The notes beneath the pieces are model-generated. The model had not been told where the DNA came from and made no database searches. It worked only from the letters and a program-made list of their open reading frames with translations. From positions 34,920 through 98,919 of the forward strand of contig NIVC01000318.1 of NCBI GenBank assembly GCA_002269645.1: DNA of 64,000 bases, written 5' to 3'. The DNA comes from Macrostomum lignano (taxonomy: Eukaryota). Each line of letters starts with the position of its first letter. The first letter of the stretch is position 1. The translations under genes were made by a program, and so were the position numbers. Below are positions 12,932-24,526 of the stretch, piece by piece.

Positions 12932-13585
12932 ATGTCGACCAGCTTGTCGTCTCGGTGGTCAAAGAAGTCCCAACAGCAGCGGCAGCGGCAGCCGCCGCCG
13001 CCACCTTCATCACCGTCGAAGCGTCGGGCACCAGGCGGCGACAGCGGCGGCAGCGGCAGCGGCGGCGGCGGCAGCGGCGGCAGCGGCTCGTCCAACAGTC
13101 GGCTGGAGGCCATCAGCGAGCTGGGGCAGCCGACCCTGCGGCTGGCGGCGTTCGCCAGCGAGGAGTTCCTGGCTGCCATGCGGATGGCCACCAACTGGAA
13201 TGTGCAGCTGCCGCCGGGGGCGCGGAACCAGACAGCGGCGACGAATGGGTAACTCCCAGCTCATGAACTGGCGCCCCCAGCATATGAATCGGCGCCCCAG
13301 CACATGAATCGGCGCCCCCAGCACATGAATCGGCGCCCCCAGCACATGAATCGGCGCCCCCGAGTACATGAACTGGCGCCCCCAGCACATGAATCCGCGC
13401 CCCCCAGCACATGAATTGGCGCCCCTAGCAACTCCCTCTAGTTGAACGTTCAAAACTGAAGCATCAGTACACACATACAGTTGCTATGGCAACAAACATA
13501 TACACATACACCCCGCTATCCCCTCCACCAATTCAGGTTGACAAGCCGAGACCAGGAGGTGGAAGAGCAAAAAAAATCAAATTGA
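12932..13585 (+). CDS. Unknown ~121-aa protein, two exons, low-complexity N-terminus
   Basis: Exons 12932-13248 (GG|gtaact) and 13537-13585 (ttcag|G...TGA) join in frame with strong GC3 bias. AT-rich TATA-like box near 12840 and TCAGTT initiator-like motif near 12875. No family recognised. Confidence 0.5.
13262..13420. repeat. 21-bp intronic minisatellite (CATGAATCGGCGCCCCCAGCA)n
   Basis: Direct reading. Confidence 0.9.
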
Positions 13586-14452
13586 TCGCGAGCTCAAAAA
13601 TGTCTGTGAAAAATCGCATAATTAAAGATAAAACAACTGCAATGATATTATTTTAATTGAATGCCTGTCAAATCAAATGCACTGCTACTCAAAGGGTTTT
13701 GCAATAACTCTACATTGAATTGTTTTATATGATGCTGAGAAGCCTCTAAAAAAAGGCAGAATTTCCTGTGCTTTTTGCTGAATTTTTTTCGCACAATAAA
13801 GTAGTACCGCGAGAGCTCAAGCTGTGTGTGCACGAGCTACTGCTTTCGACGCACAATGAATGCCTGTTATTTTTAATAACGCTACTCTCTTGTTTAACAA
13901 TACGTTCTTCGCTTGCTGCACATGAATACATTATTTTAAATAAAATAGCGAATTATTTTACGGCTATTTTACAGCTACTGCTCAGTACACAATCAAAATA
14001 GTTTCACATTCTTTGATTGCTACTCATTAGTAAGCGAACACGATATAGATTGATTACTGCCAACTACCAACCTTAGATCTATGAAGTAACTTTTCGATAC
14101 ATATCGCCTACGTTTAAGAACCTTAAATGAATACATTTTGCATCAAATTGAGCTTTAAATTGTGAACAGCTAAAAATTAGTCAGTCGAATTAGGTTTAGG
14201 CCTACTGTCCTAATTTAGAAAGTCCCACAGAAGCAGACTTGTTTGAGCCGACTCGAGTCGCAAGGCTAGGCCAGGGGGTTGATTTTGGCAAGCTATCAAA
14301 TTAAGCCATAGACGTATGCTTGAAAGAAATTCAATGAGAATAAATAAAATATTAAAAATATTTAGTTAGCGTAACTAAGCATGACTAATGTAGTAAGGGA
14401 AGTAACGTTATAATTTAAACTTTGAAGAAATCGCAAAGGAGTAAAAAAATTT

Positions 14453-14525
14453 CGCCCAATGTGGGGCTCGAACCCACGACCCTGAGATTAAGAGTCTCAT
14501 GCTCTACCGACTGAGCTAACCGGGC
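14453..14525 (-). tRNA. trnK-CTT: tRNA-Lys (anticodon CTT)
   Basis: Reverse complement is GCCCGGTTAGCTCAGTCGGTAGAGCATGAGACTCTTAATCTCAGGGTCGTGGGTTCGAGCCCCACATTGGGCG: 73 nt, canonical cloverleaf, A and B boxes, followed by a T-run Pol III terminator. Confidence 0.97.
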
Positions 14526-15053
14526 TTACCAGTAAGGCGCCGTCTTCAAGCTATATGAAGCAGAATTTGCCTACCAAATGCGTACATACGCTCTTGTAAT
14601 GTTAATGTAAGATGGGTGAAGCTTGAAGGGCTTGTATAAATAAATGTGTACTATCTGTAAGATCTGTGCTTAAAGCTTTGCTTCTGTTAAAAGAGAGCTA
14701 TAAAAACAGACACTACTTGACAATGGATACAAATGTACATACAACATGTATAACTGATGGAAGCAAGCAGGCGTATTAAGTGAATCGTGCGCACGAAGAC
14801 ACATGCACTGTATCTGATATTTTAAGGCCAGCCAATAAACAACGAGTATTTTAAAGCAAGAGTGAAAAATTGAAGCTGCAATTTCCGTCGTAGCCCCCCA
14901 CCCCTTCGCGCTGCATGCACTGAGCCGCAGTTGCTGTATTAGTCATGCTAATTAGCGCTCTCTGCAAGCTTTCTGACTGATAAGTATACTAATTACTATA
15001 TATAATAACTGAAATAAAGCTCTACACCCACGCACTACAGCGGTGTGAACAAT

Positions 15054-18000
15054 ATGAACTACAAATTTGTTTTATCGCTATCAGCCTGGCTGGTTCATGC
15101 TGCATCAGCCGAGTTCCAGTGCTTGGATGCCGATGGCTTTCCTCTGGACTGGTTCGCTCTGCTGAAGCAGCCGCACTCCGGACACTACGCCTACGTCAGC
15201 TCGAATTCGTCAACCGCCTGGATTCAGCCGGATGGCTGCGACATCACCCGGGATGGCCCCGTGTTCAGCACCGTCAGCCAGGTCCTGCAGGCCGGCTCCA
15301 ATGCCGCCGCCGATGTTCTGGCCGCGTACAACGACGAGCCGCCAGAGGACAACAACAGCAGCAGCATCGGCAGCAGCGCGTTCGGCCACATGAAAGGGCT
15401 CGTCGCTTTGAAGTCTGGCCAGAAAGGCTTCTGGCTGATCCACAGCGTGCCAAAGTTCCCGAACATGAGCCTGCATCGCTACGAGTACCCGGACACTGGG
15501 ATGAAATACGGCCAGAGCTTCCTTTGCCTGACCGTGGACAGCGCAAAGATGGCCAACATCATCGGCAGCCAGCTGTTCGTCTCGCACCCGGACCTCTACA
15601 GCCTCAGCGTCAGCCCCGCCGCCGAGGCCGCCTGGCCCAGCTGGGCAGATCTGAAGAAACGGAAGCAGCCACCGAAGGCTTTGATGAATTCCACTGTCAA
15701 GCTGGTGACCTCCGGTGGCCTGTCCGTGATGCACCTGGCCAAGTCTCCGCACCTGAAGCAGGACCTGTATTCTTACCTGTTGGCTGGTCAGCTTCAGTCG
15801 AACATTCAGGTATATTGCTTCTGTGGGATCACATCCAGTGGGATCACTGGAAATGACCCGTTGTATAATGACGTGAATCTCGCGTTTTACATGTATAGAA
15901 AATTAAATAAAGGCCAAACCTCACTTTACTCCGGATCTGAGTTGCACGCATCGAAAATTGCAGTAAAAGGACAGTTGCACTCGATTTTCTTAGAAATGAT
16001 CTTAAGGCGGGTAGGGAATCCAGCGGATTAGCAGGATCGCTAGCGCATTTGTACATGTTATTATAGAAAAAGCGGACTTTTCTCGACTGAATTAGTCTAT
16101 GGCCAAACCCCATTCAGCTCTAGAGTAGTAAATACACCAGTGATACTACAAATATATGTTCCTTCCGGTTCATTTCTAAGAAACCAACTGTATAGTGTCC
16201 TAATTCTTCCTTAGTTGTCCGTGGTTGCACGTAGAGAATTATCAGATATTTTGTACTGATTTGTAAAAAAATGTGTTTTTTAGATACTTCTATACTTCAA
16301 TACTTCTACAAAAGAAGAAGTGCAGTTTTACAAAATTTTTAGTAAATTTTTTGTTTTACATGTAATCGGTAGTTTTGCGTTTTGTGTTTTACGCAGGTAG
16401 AAACCTGGCAGCACGGCAAAGAGCTGCTGAATTCGACATGCAACAGGCGCTACAATGTCACCAAAGTGCTCGATGTTCGCATCGGGAACCAGACGCAGTT
16501 TAAGTCTACAAAGGACCATTCGAAGTGGTGCGTGACTGCCCAGACTGATGCCAAGCCGCACACGTGCATTGGCGATATGAACCGGGCAGAGACGCAGTAT
16601 CACCGGGGAGGCGGCATCGCTTGCATCGGCCTCGTCGGACTGCACAGTCTGTTTAAAGCGGCCGTGATCCACGACCAGGTGATGCTGACTGGGGCAATTG
16701 GTTTGGTATTGCAGTTGCTACGAGCTATTATTGGTTGTTCAGCTGTTCAGTGCTTCAGTTAATTAAACCATTTGCTGTTATTTCCAACTTAGTAGACAGT
16801 GCGTCACCCTCTGGAATATGGTTCCACCTGTTAGACAGTGTGTGTCACCCTCTGGAATATGGTTCCACCTGTTAGACAGTGTGTGTCACCCTCTGGAATA
16901 TGGTTCCACCTGTTAGACAGTGTGTGTCACCCTCTGGAATATGGTTCCACCTGTTAGACAGTGTGCGTCACCCTCTGGAATATGGTTCCACCTGTTAGAC
17001 AGTGTGTGTCACCCTCTGGAATATGGTTCCACCTGTTAGACAGTGTGTGTCACCCTCTGGAATATGGTTCCACCTGTTAGACAGTGTGTGTCACCCTCTG
17101 GAATATGGTTCCACCTGTTAGACAGTGTGTGTCACCCTCTGGAATATGGTTCCACCTGTTAGACAGTGTGCGTCACCCTCTGGAATATGGTTCCACCTGT
17201 TGGACAGTGTGTGTCACCCTCTGGAATATGGTTTGACCTGTTAGACAGTGTGTGTCACCCTCTGGAATATGGTTCCACCTGTTGGACAGTGTGTGTCACC
17301 CTCTGGAATATGGTTCCACCTGTTAGACAGTGTGTGTCACCCTCTGGAATATGGTTTGACCTGTTAGACAGTGTGTGTCACCCTCTGGAATATGGTTCCA
17401 CCTGTTAGACAGTGTGTGTCACCCTCTGGAATATGGTTCCACCTGTTAGACAGTGTGTGTCACCCTCTGGAATATGGAATTTCACCTGTTAGACAGTGTG
17501 TGTCACCCTCTGGAATATGGAATTTCACCTGTTAGACAGTGTGTGTCACCCTCTGGAATATGGAATTTCACCTGTTAGACAGTGTGCGTCACCCTCTGGA
17601 ATATGGTTCCACCTGTTAGACAGTGTGTGTCACCCTCTGGAATATGGTTTGACCTGTTAGACAGTGTGTGTCACCCTCTGGAATATGGTTCCACCTGTTA
17701 GACAGTGTGTGTCACCCTCTGGAATATGGTTCCACCTGTTAGACAGTGTGTGTCACCCTCTGGAATATGGTTCCACCTGTTAGACAGTGTGTGTCACCCT
17801 CTGGAATATGGTTTGACCTGTTAGACAGTGTGTGTCACCCTCTGGAATATGGTTCCACCTGTTAGACAGTGTGTGTCACCCTCTGGAATATGGTTCCACC
17901 TGTTAGACAGTGTGTGTCACCCTCTGGAATATGGTTCCACCTGTTAGACAGTGTGTGTCACCCTCTGGAATATGGTTCCACCTGTTAGACAGTGTGTGTC

Positions 18001-18502
18001 ACCCTCTGGAATATGGTTCCACCTGTTAGACAGTGTGTCACCCTCTGGAATATGGTTCCACCTGTTAGACAGTGTGTGTCACCCTCTGGAATATGGTTCC
18101 ACCTGTTAGACAGTGTGTGTCACCCTCTGGAATATGGTTCCACCTGTTAGACAGTGTGTCACCCTCTGGAATATGGTTCGACCTGTTAGACACGTACTGC
18201 ATGGCTGCACCTACCTGTATCGCAGCCATAATCTGTAAGCAGCTTATCTAACAGAAGCCAAAGTTTTTAAGCCACCATTAACCACCCGACAGCCTTGCGG
18301 TAGCGCCGGCCATACCAAGTCGGACAAAGAGCTGCTGCTGTCCCTGTACAACTGGGTGATGTTGGCGGCTGTGTGCGCGATGGCCTGCATCGTACTGTTG
18401 CTTGTTCTGCTGCTCACGATGGCTCTGGCTAAACTGAGAAGCCGCCAGCAGAAGGTGCTCAGCGGGAGCGGCAGCAGCGGGCAGAAATACCGGATCCTCT
18501 AG
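15054..18502 (+). CDS. DNASE2: Deoxyribonuclease II with predicted C-terminal transmembrane anchor
   Basis: Exons 15054-15809, 16397-16678 and 18293-18502, all phase 0. Signal peptide; motifs CLD..DWF..K, YNDEPP, GHMKG, LIHSVPKFP, YGQSFLC, VETWQHG, DHSKW, CIGDMNR, RGGG. Both catalytic His motifs are intact. The last exon is inferred from splice signals. Confidence 0.9.
16793..18190. repeat. 41-bp intronic minisatellite, ~34 copies
   Basis: Unit GTGTGTGTCACCCTCTGGAATATGGTTCCACCTGTTAGACA; no spacers. Confidence 0.96.
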
Positions 18503-20142
18503 TATGCCAATTATCTCTGATGATTTATTGCAGACTGCTGAATGCCAAGGATTTCAATATCGGTCAATCATTAAAAACTGTTCATACACATGAAACGTGT
18601 ACATCATTATGACAAATCAATGGAACTGAATGTTTCGAACTACGAGCGTACATGTATTTATCAGTATTGATCAAAATGACACTGTCATTATATAAAATTA
18701 TCAGCACATTCATACCAGCAATTATAACGTACTAATCAAGTAAATTGTACAATGTATGTTCCCCACAGATCGAACGAAGGCAATATCGCACTTGATTGCA
18801 AATTCACGAGTTCTATACTCAGACTTGAGGTGCCAATAAAAATTAGAAAATTTTTATTAATTTCTATTTATTTATTAAATAATTATACACAAGCAGTAAG
18901 TCTGTTATACTTCAGTTCATTGCTAATAAGTTTCCTATTTTGTTTCTTTGTTGACGTACAGTGCACATGTATTCAGTAGTGCGTAGCCAAACGTGTAGCA
19001 ATGTACATGTACAAGCGCAAAGTGTACAAGCTCGAAAGTAACTTCAAATCGTCACGATGTGAAAATTAGCCTTGCTGTCCAACAGCAAACCAAACAGTAG
19101 GAATATTAAGCTGTTTTTCCTCCCGTCGATGCAGGCACACGAAACTGGAAAAGTCAGTCTAAATTTTTGTTGCGCACCTTTTCAAACAAGAATTAATTTG
19201 CCAGCCCGTCTGGACCGTCGAGATATTCAACAATTCTGCCAGAAGGTCGGATTTTTCCTACAGTGCAGTGCGCCTCAGTGCAGTCTTGCCAAGCCTCTAA
19301 ATTTCATCAGCAAGTCACCCACGTGTTGATGTGATCTTACATCCGTGTGAAGGGTCAAGATGTCAAGATTGAGAGAAACCTATCGGACATTTGAATTGTT
19401 TAACTGATCAGAAACAGAGACAATGGGAGACATCGTCAGAGATGGAAGAAAATCAAAAGCATTTGAATGTCTGCATCAGTTCTGACTTCGTTGGTCACTG
19501 GCCTTCAACCAGCTTCTGGACCTTTAACAGGTGGCCCCAGGTGACTGTGGACTATGACATTTTTATGGCGTTTCATTCCGTTGCAATGAATCAAACTTTC
19601 TGGCTGCACACCTGCAAGAAGTAACTTGGCTTGCAGTTTGAAACGGCCCGAAACCAATCTTAATACTGCCTCCCTGAACCCTCAACACGCACCCACCTAC
19701 CTATAGACGGGACCATTCTCTCGCAAAGTCAGTCAAGCAGGCAAACGTGAGCAGCATTTGCGCAGGCATGCACAGCAAATATAATAAAATAGCAGAAACT
19801 GGATTCGATAAGATTGAACCGGAAACTGGTAATTTGGAAGCTAAACGAAGATAGCATCGCGGCCTGTTTTTCGGGTACAGCGAAGCTAGGGCTCATTTTA
19901 TCAACGGTTAACTAGATAAACTGCCATGAGAATATCATTAGCAGCTGCTACTTTGTGACGAAATAATAAATCTTAAAGATCATTAATTAATTTAGATAAT
20001 TTAGAACATTTTCTACCTGACAAAGCATTGCAGTGGGTGACACGCTACATGCTACTTACAAGCAGTAGAACTATCTGGATATTTTTCTATAAAAATTCTC
20101 ACTGTGAATAAAATTTGAATCTGCAAAATCGTATCTTGCCAG

Positions 20143-20574
20143 GTCAGTCCTGACACAATATTAGCAAGCTCTCAGTCCTGACACAATATTAGCTAGCTCT
20201 CAGTCCTGACACAATATTAGCAAGCTCTCAGTCCTGACACAATATTAGCTAGCTCTCAGTCCTGACACAATATTAGCCAGCTCTCAGTCCTGACACAATA
20301 TTAGCCAGCTCAGTCCTGACAATATTAGACAGCTCAGTCCCGACACAATATTAGCCAGCTCAGTCCTGACACAATATTAGCCAGCTCAGTCCTGACAATA
20401 TTAGACAGCTCAGTCCTGACAATATTAGACAGCTCAGTCCTGACACAATATTAGACAGCTCAGTCCTGACACAATATTAGACAGCTCAGTCCTGACACAA
20501 TATTAGCCAGCTCAGTCCTGACACAATATTAGACAGCTCAGTCCTGACACAATCTTGGCAGCTCAGTCCTGACA
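20143..20574. repeat. 26-bp minisatellite (CAGTCCTGACACAATATTAGCCAGCT)n, left part
   Basis: Same unit and orientation as 26041-26856; the array is split by the Polinton. Confidence 0.95.
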
Positions 20575-20653
20575 AGTAGTAGGGCGAATTATGATACTGC
20601 CGCACTAGCACTGGCGAGATAGGCGGCAATGCAAATGTATAGGGAAAAATACA

Positions 20654-21148
20654 CTGCGGAGATATGAACCCTATCTCTGTGCATTGGGGACGGCTAAGCA
20701 CTGCAGAGATATGAGCTCTATCTCTGTGCATTGGGGACGGCTAAGCACTGCAGAGATATGAGCTCTATCTCTGTGCATTGGGGACGGCTAAGCACTGCGG
20801 AGATATGAGCTCTATCTCTGTGCACTGGGGACGGCTAAGCACTGCAGAGATATGAGCTCTATCTCTGTGCATTGGGGACGGCTAAGCACTGCAGAGATAT
20901 GAGCTCTATCTCTGTGCATTGGGGACGGCTAAGCACTGCGGAGATGTGGGCTCTATCTCTGTGCATTGGGGACGGCTAAGCACTGCGGAGATATGAGCTC
21001 TATCTCTGTGCATTGGGGACGGCTAAGCACTGCAGAGATATGAGCTCTATCTCTGTGCATTGGGGACGGCTAAGCACTGCAGAGATATGAGCTCTATCTC
21101 TGTGCATTGGGGACGGCTAAGCACTGCAGAGATATGAGCTCTATCTCT
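20654..21148. repeat. 47-bp subterminal tandem array of the Polinton left end, ~10 copies, each with an internal inverted repeat
   Basis: Unit CTGCAGAGATATGAGCTCTATCTCTGTGCATTGGGGACGGCTAAGCA. About two reverse-complement copies remain in the right TIR. Confidence 0.95.
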
Positions 21149-21339
21149 GCTTAACACTGGAGTGATAGGAGGAGAGGCGGCCTATCTCTTTACACTGGAG
21201 ATGGTTAACACTGCAGAGATAGGAGGAGAGGCGGCCTATCTCTTTGCATTGGGGTGGTTAACACTGCAGAGATAGGATGGAGTGGGTTAGCTTAGCTGAA
21301 TGAATGTTAATCTATGTAATTGGAAATAATGTTTGCGAA

Positions 21340-21405
21340 AGAGCCAATCACAGAGCCCGGAGTGGGATGGGTGGTTTGGGGTGGTTCGGTCGAGGGTATA
21401 TAAGC
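21340..21405 (+). promoter_or_regulatory. Putative Pol II promoter of the Polinton PC4-like gene
   Basis: CCAAT near 21343, G-rich tract, TATATAA at 21397-21403, ~105 bp upstream of the ATG. An AATAAA at 22495-22500 follows the ORF. Confidence 0.5.
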
Positions 21406-21508
21406 CCCGAAATTGACAAGAAAGAATTCTCAATTTTTCAAATCCAAAATTTCATCCGAACTTTTCCTCAGCTTTTAACTTTTGTGAGTTTTCAATTGCG
21501 AAAGGAAA

Positions 21509-22282
21509 ATGGACATCTGTGAAGGCTATAAGGCACAAGTCCAGGAGTTTGAAGGACAAAAATTTATCGCTATTCGCAAGTTTTACCGACACGGCAGCAC
21601 GGCAAGTCTGAAGCCAGGCGTCCCAGGATTCAACCTGAATGTTCACCAATGGAAGAAATTGAAGGAGGTGAAACGCTCACTTGTGATTTCTGCACGCAAC
21701 AACGAGCCCAAGGTCGTGAAACTCGGCTTCGATAAGTTTGTGGAAGTCAAAGGCGGCATCATTTGGCTCAAACGGCTGCCGGAAGATTGCTGCGAGGAGT
21801 TTTTGAGACGAAACGCCGTACCACTGACTCCGCCGCTGTGGCAGAAGCTCTGGAAAATCGCCTCCTGGATCGACGGTCAGCTGGTGGCTCCCTTGAGGAA
21901 CTCAATGCAGTACGAGCTGGAGTCTGATGAGGAAGAGGAGGAAGAGGACAAGAAGCTCAAGTTGGAGGCTGACCAGGACACGAAGCCCATAATGGAGACT
22001 GATGAGGGCGGAGAGCATGCTGATGACGAGGACGTTAGCTCGCCCACAAGGCCGCGCATTGTGACTGAGCCTATCACATCCACACCGATACCTTCGGTTG
22101 ATTCTGATGCTGGACTGCTTCCGCAGCGGGACACCAACCTTGAGGAAGATCCGGTGTGGTATCAGTTCAGGGCGCATGCAGCGGCTTCGACGGTGAGCAG
22201 CAGCAGCAGGAAGCGAAAGCTGCCATTTCAACTTCGTCGGCAGGACGCGATGAGGCTGCCCAATGTTCGCTTTGATAACTGA
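21509..22282 (+). CDS. Polinton PC4/Sub1-like ssDNA-binding protein with acidic, low-complexity tail
   Basis: VQEFEGQKFIAIRKFY...KPGVPGFNLNVHQWKKLK matches the PC4 motif. A second, divergent PC4-like segment follows. Confidence 0.7.
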   Translation: MDICEGYKAQVQEFEGQKFIAIRKFYRHGSTASLKPGVPGFNLNVHQWKKLKEVKRSLVISARNNEPKVVKLGFDKFVEVKGGIIWLKRLPEDCCEEFLRRNAVPLTPPLWQKLWKIASWIDGQLVAPLRNSMQYELESDEEEEEEDKKLKLEADQDTKPIMETDEGGEHADDEDVSSPTRPRIVTEPITSTPIPSVDSDAGLLPQRDTNLEEDPVWYQFRAHAAASTVSSSSRKRKLPFQLRRQDAMRLPNVRFDN

Positions 22283-22608
22283 ACAGCTAGAATGCTTTGA
22301 ATGCATTGGACTAACTAAATTACTTTTAGCTTGCACATGATTATCCAGCCTATATCTGACGGCACTATGCTGTTTTTTATCTCTGCTATTTCTGAAATGC
22401 TAGTGTGCGAGTGTTTTAGTGTTCGTTTTTATGGATTGTTTGCTTTCGGAAAATACACCGACTGTTACGATGTTAGAGGTTTCAATCTGACAGTAATAAA
22501 TTAATTTGCCACTCGTTTCTCTATCATTTAATTGGAATATAAATTTCTACTTAAGAAAAAATACTGTACAGCTAGAGCAGGTGGATAGGCACGTATCTTG
22601 ATAAACCC

Positions 22609-23679
22609 ATGATGGAGAAAATTTATTTGAAACCTGAGCAACCGGCCAGTTTTTCTTGTGCCTCAAAGTTGCTGCATGAAGTGAGGCAAAGAGGTGATCG
22701 AATATCTGCAAAGAGCATTGAGCAGTGGCTCAGCGAGCAGCCAGTGCACACTCTGCACAAGCCAGCTAGGAGGCGATATCCAAGGGCCCCAATCATAGTG
22801 CGCGCAATCGATGATCAGTGGGAACTTGACTTAGTGGAAATGATTCCATTCGCAAAGCATAATAAAGGCTACAAATATATTCTCACATGCATTGACGTGC
22901 TCTCAAAATGTGCTTGGGCCAAGGCACTGAAAAATAAATCTGCTGCAGAAGTGAAGTCAGCATTCGAGAGCATACTGAGAAGTTCAAAGCGACAGCCACG
23001 CACAGTTCGCACAGATCAGGGGAAGGAATTTATCAACTCCACTTTCCGTCAATACTGCATTGACAGAGGGATTCTGGCTTTCCCAACTAACAGCGAGCAG
23101 AAGGCGGCTGTCATTGAGCGATGGAATCGGACTCTGAAAAGTAGAATGTGGCGCTACTTCACCTACAAGAGCACACTGCACTGGCTTGATGTACTGCCTA
23201 AGCTGGTAAAATCCTACAACAATACCTACCACAGAAGCATCAAAATGGCACCCACTAGTGTCTGCAAAGAGAATGAATCTGAAGTGTGGATGAACCTGTA
23301 CGATGGAAAAGCAGCCGAGACTCTAGAAAAATTAAAGAAGCCTAAGTTCGCTGAAAACCAGTCAGTGAGAATTTCCAATGCTCCACGGCTATTCAAAAAG
23401 GGATACAAAGCGAGCTGGAGTGAGGAAGTGTACACCGTGGTGAGCAGAGCCCCAAAACATTACCCCTACATGTACAAGATTAAAGACATGCGGGGGCAAG
23501 AGATTCGAGGACTCTTCCATGAGCACGAGCTGCAGGCTGTTCCGGACTCACAGCGGCTGTATGTGATTGAGAAGATCCTGAAAACGGAGAAGCGGAAGGG
23601 AAAGATTCGCTATCTGGTGAAGTGGGCCGGCTACGACTCGACTGGCTGGGTGGATGAAAAAGACTTAAGAAAGGTTTAG
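22609..23679 (+). CDS. Polinton retroviral-like integrase (rve, DDE) with C-terminal chromodomain
   Basis: QWELDLVEM, YILTCIDVLSK, TDQGKEF, IERWNRTLK, SYNNTYHRSIKMAP, KGYKASWSEE and IEKIL..YLVKWAGY motifs; ORF uninterrupted. Confidence 0.95.
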   Translation: MMEKIYLKPEQPASFSCASKLLHEVRQRGDRISAKSIEQWLSEQPVHTLHKPARRRYPRAPIIVRAIDDQWELDLVEMIPFAKHNKGYKYILTCIDVLSKCAWAKALKNKSAAEVKSAFESILRSSKRQPRTVRTDQGKEFINSTFRQYCIDRGILAFPTNSEQKAAVIERWNRTLKSRMWRYFTYKSTLHWLDVLPKLVKSYNNTYHRSIKMAPTSVCKENESEVWMNLYDGKAAETLEKLKKPKFAENQSVRISNAPRLFKKGYKASWSEEVYTVVSRAPKHYPYMYKIKDMRGQEIRGLFHEHELQAVPDSQRLYVIEKILKTEKRKGKIRYLVKWAGYDSTGWVDEKDLRKV

Positions 23680-23698
23680 CTTTGGCACATCCCTCATC

Positions 23699-24526
23699 AT
23701 GAAGTTTATCTTTATAATGCGAACTATTTTGATTAACAGTGAGCATGCTGAAGGTACTCCTTGTGACTTTAATTTTTACCTGTCTTCACCTATTTACTTG
23801 GATCGAAATGTGGACTATGAGGCAGGTCTGGCTGAAATCCATCTGCCTGCTGCATGGTTCAATGTTGACGAGCCTTACTGCTTCACTGTCTCAGATGGAA
23901 GAGAGCATGAGGCCCTGGTTCTTCAACCCGGACGCTTTGCTAGAGTGGAGGAGCTGGTGGAGCGGCTGAATGAGCTGCTGGCCAACTCTGATTCGCTGTT
24001 CTTTGATGCAATGAGTGACAGGGAGTCTGAGATGGAGGCTGATGAGTCCGGCCTGATGGGGCGTAGTGGCAACAGGGAATTTGGTATGAAGTTCGAAATC
24101 CGCAACTCACGAACTGTGGTGCACAACAACACTGCGAGAGCAGAGCTGTTTCTTCCATCCAGCAAAATTCTGCATTGGCTGGGATTTGGAAACCAGGCTG
24201 TGAAAATCCAGCCAGGGAGCCGCGTGTCCGAGCATTGCACTGGCTGCCCGCGCACCAGCTTAATCAATGTGCACTGCAGTATCGTTGAGTCAACTAATTG
24301 CAACTGGAGCTCCTTGTTGAGAACAGTTGGAATGAAAGCCGGCATTGAATGGGGCAACTATCAAACAAAAATATTTAAGAAAACAATATTCTTCCCGATT
24401 CAACGAATCAGTCTTCTCCACAGCATTCGAGTTCAGCTCCGTGACATCTATGGTTGCCCACTGATTGCACAGACTCACAGCCCTGTTCTGCTTACAGTTC
24501 AAATTCAGGAGAAACGCATTCAATGA
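23699..24526 (+). CDS. Polinton minor capsid (penton, single jelly-roll) protein
   Basis: N-terminal F.F.LSSPIYL...YEAGLAEIHLP..WFN and C-terminal SIRVQLRDIYG.PL...V.L motifs; position between integrase and major capsid. Confidence 0.7.
   Translation: MKFIFIMRTILINSEHAEGTPCDFNFYLSSPIYLDRNVDYEAGLAEIHLPAAWFNVDEPYCFTVSDGREHEALVLQPGRFARVEELVERLNELLANSDSLFFDAMSDRESEMEADESGLMGRSGNREFGMKFEIRNSRTVVHNNTARAELFLPSSKILHWLGFGNQAVKIQPGSRVSEHCTGCPRTSLINVHCSIVESTNCNWSSLLRTVGMKAGIEWGNYQTKIFKKTIFFPIQRISLLHSIRVQLRDIYGCPLIAQTHSPVLLTVQIQEKRIQ

Noticed and set aside
12892-13194. Minus-strand 100-aa ORF
   Set aside because: Antisense shadow of the plus-strand exon, which has the better codon bias and splice signals.
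16793-18190. CRISPR-like array
   Set aside because: Contiguous 41-bp units without unique spacers, no cas genes, inside a eukaryotic intron.
20143-21148. CRISPR-like repeats next to an integrase
   Set aside because: The 26-bp and 47-bp arrays have no spacers; explained as host minisatellite and Polinton subterminal repeats.
21770-21940. LxCxE Rb-binding motif in the PC4-like protein
   Set aside because: LPEDCCEE does not fit LxCxE spacing and is far from the acidic tract.
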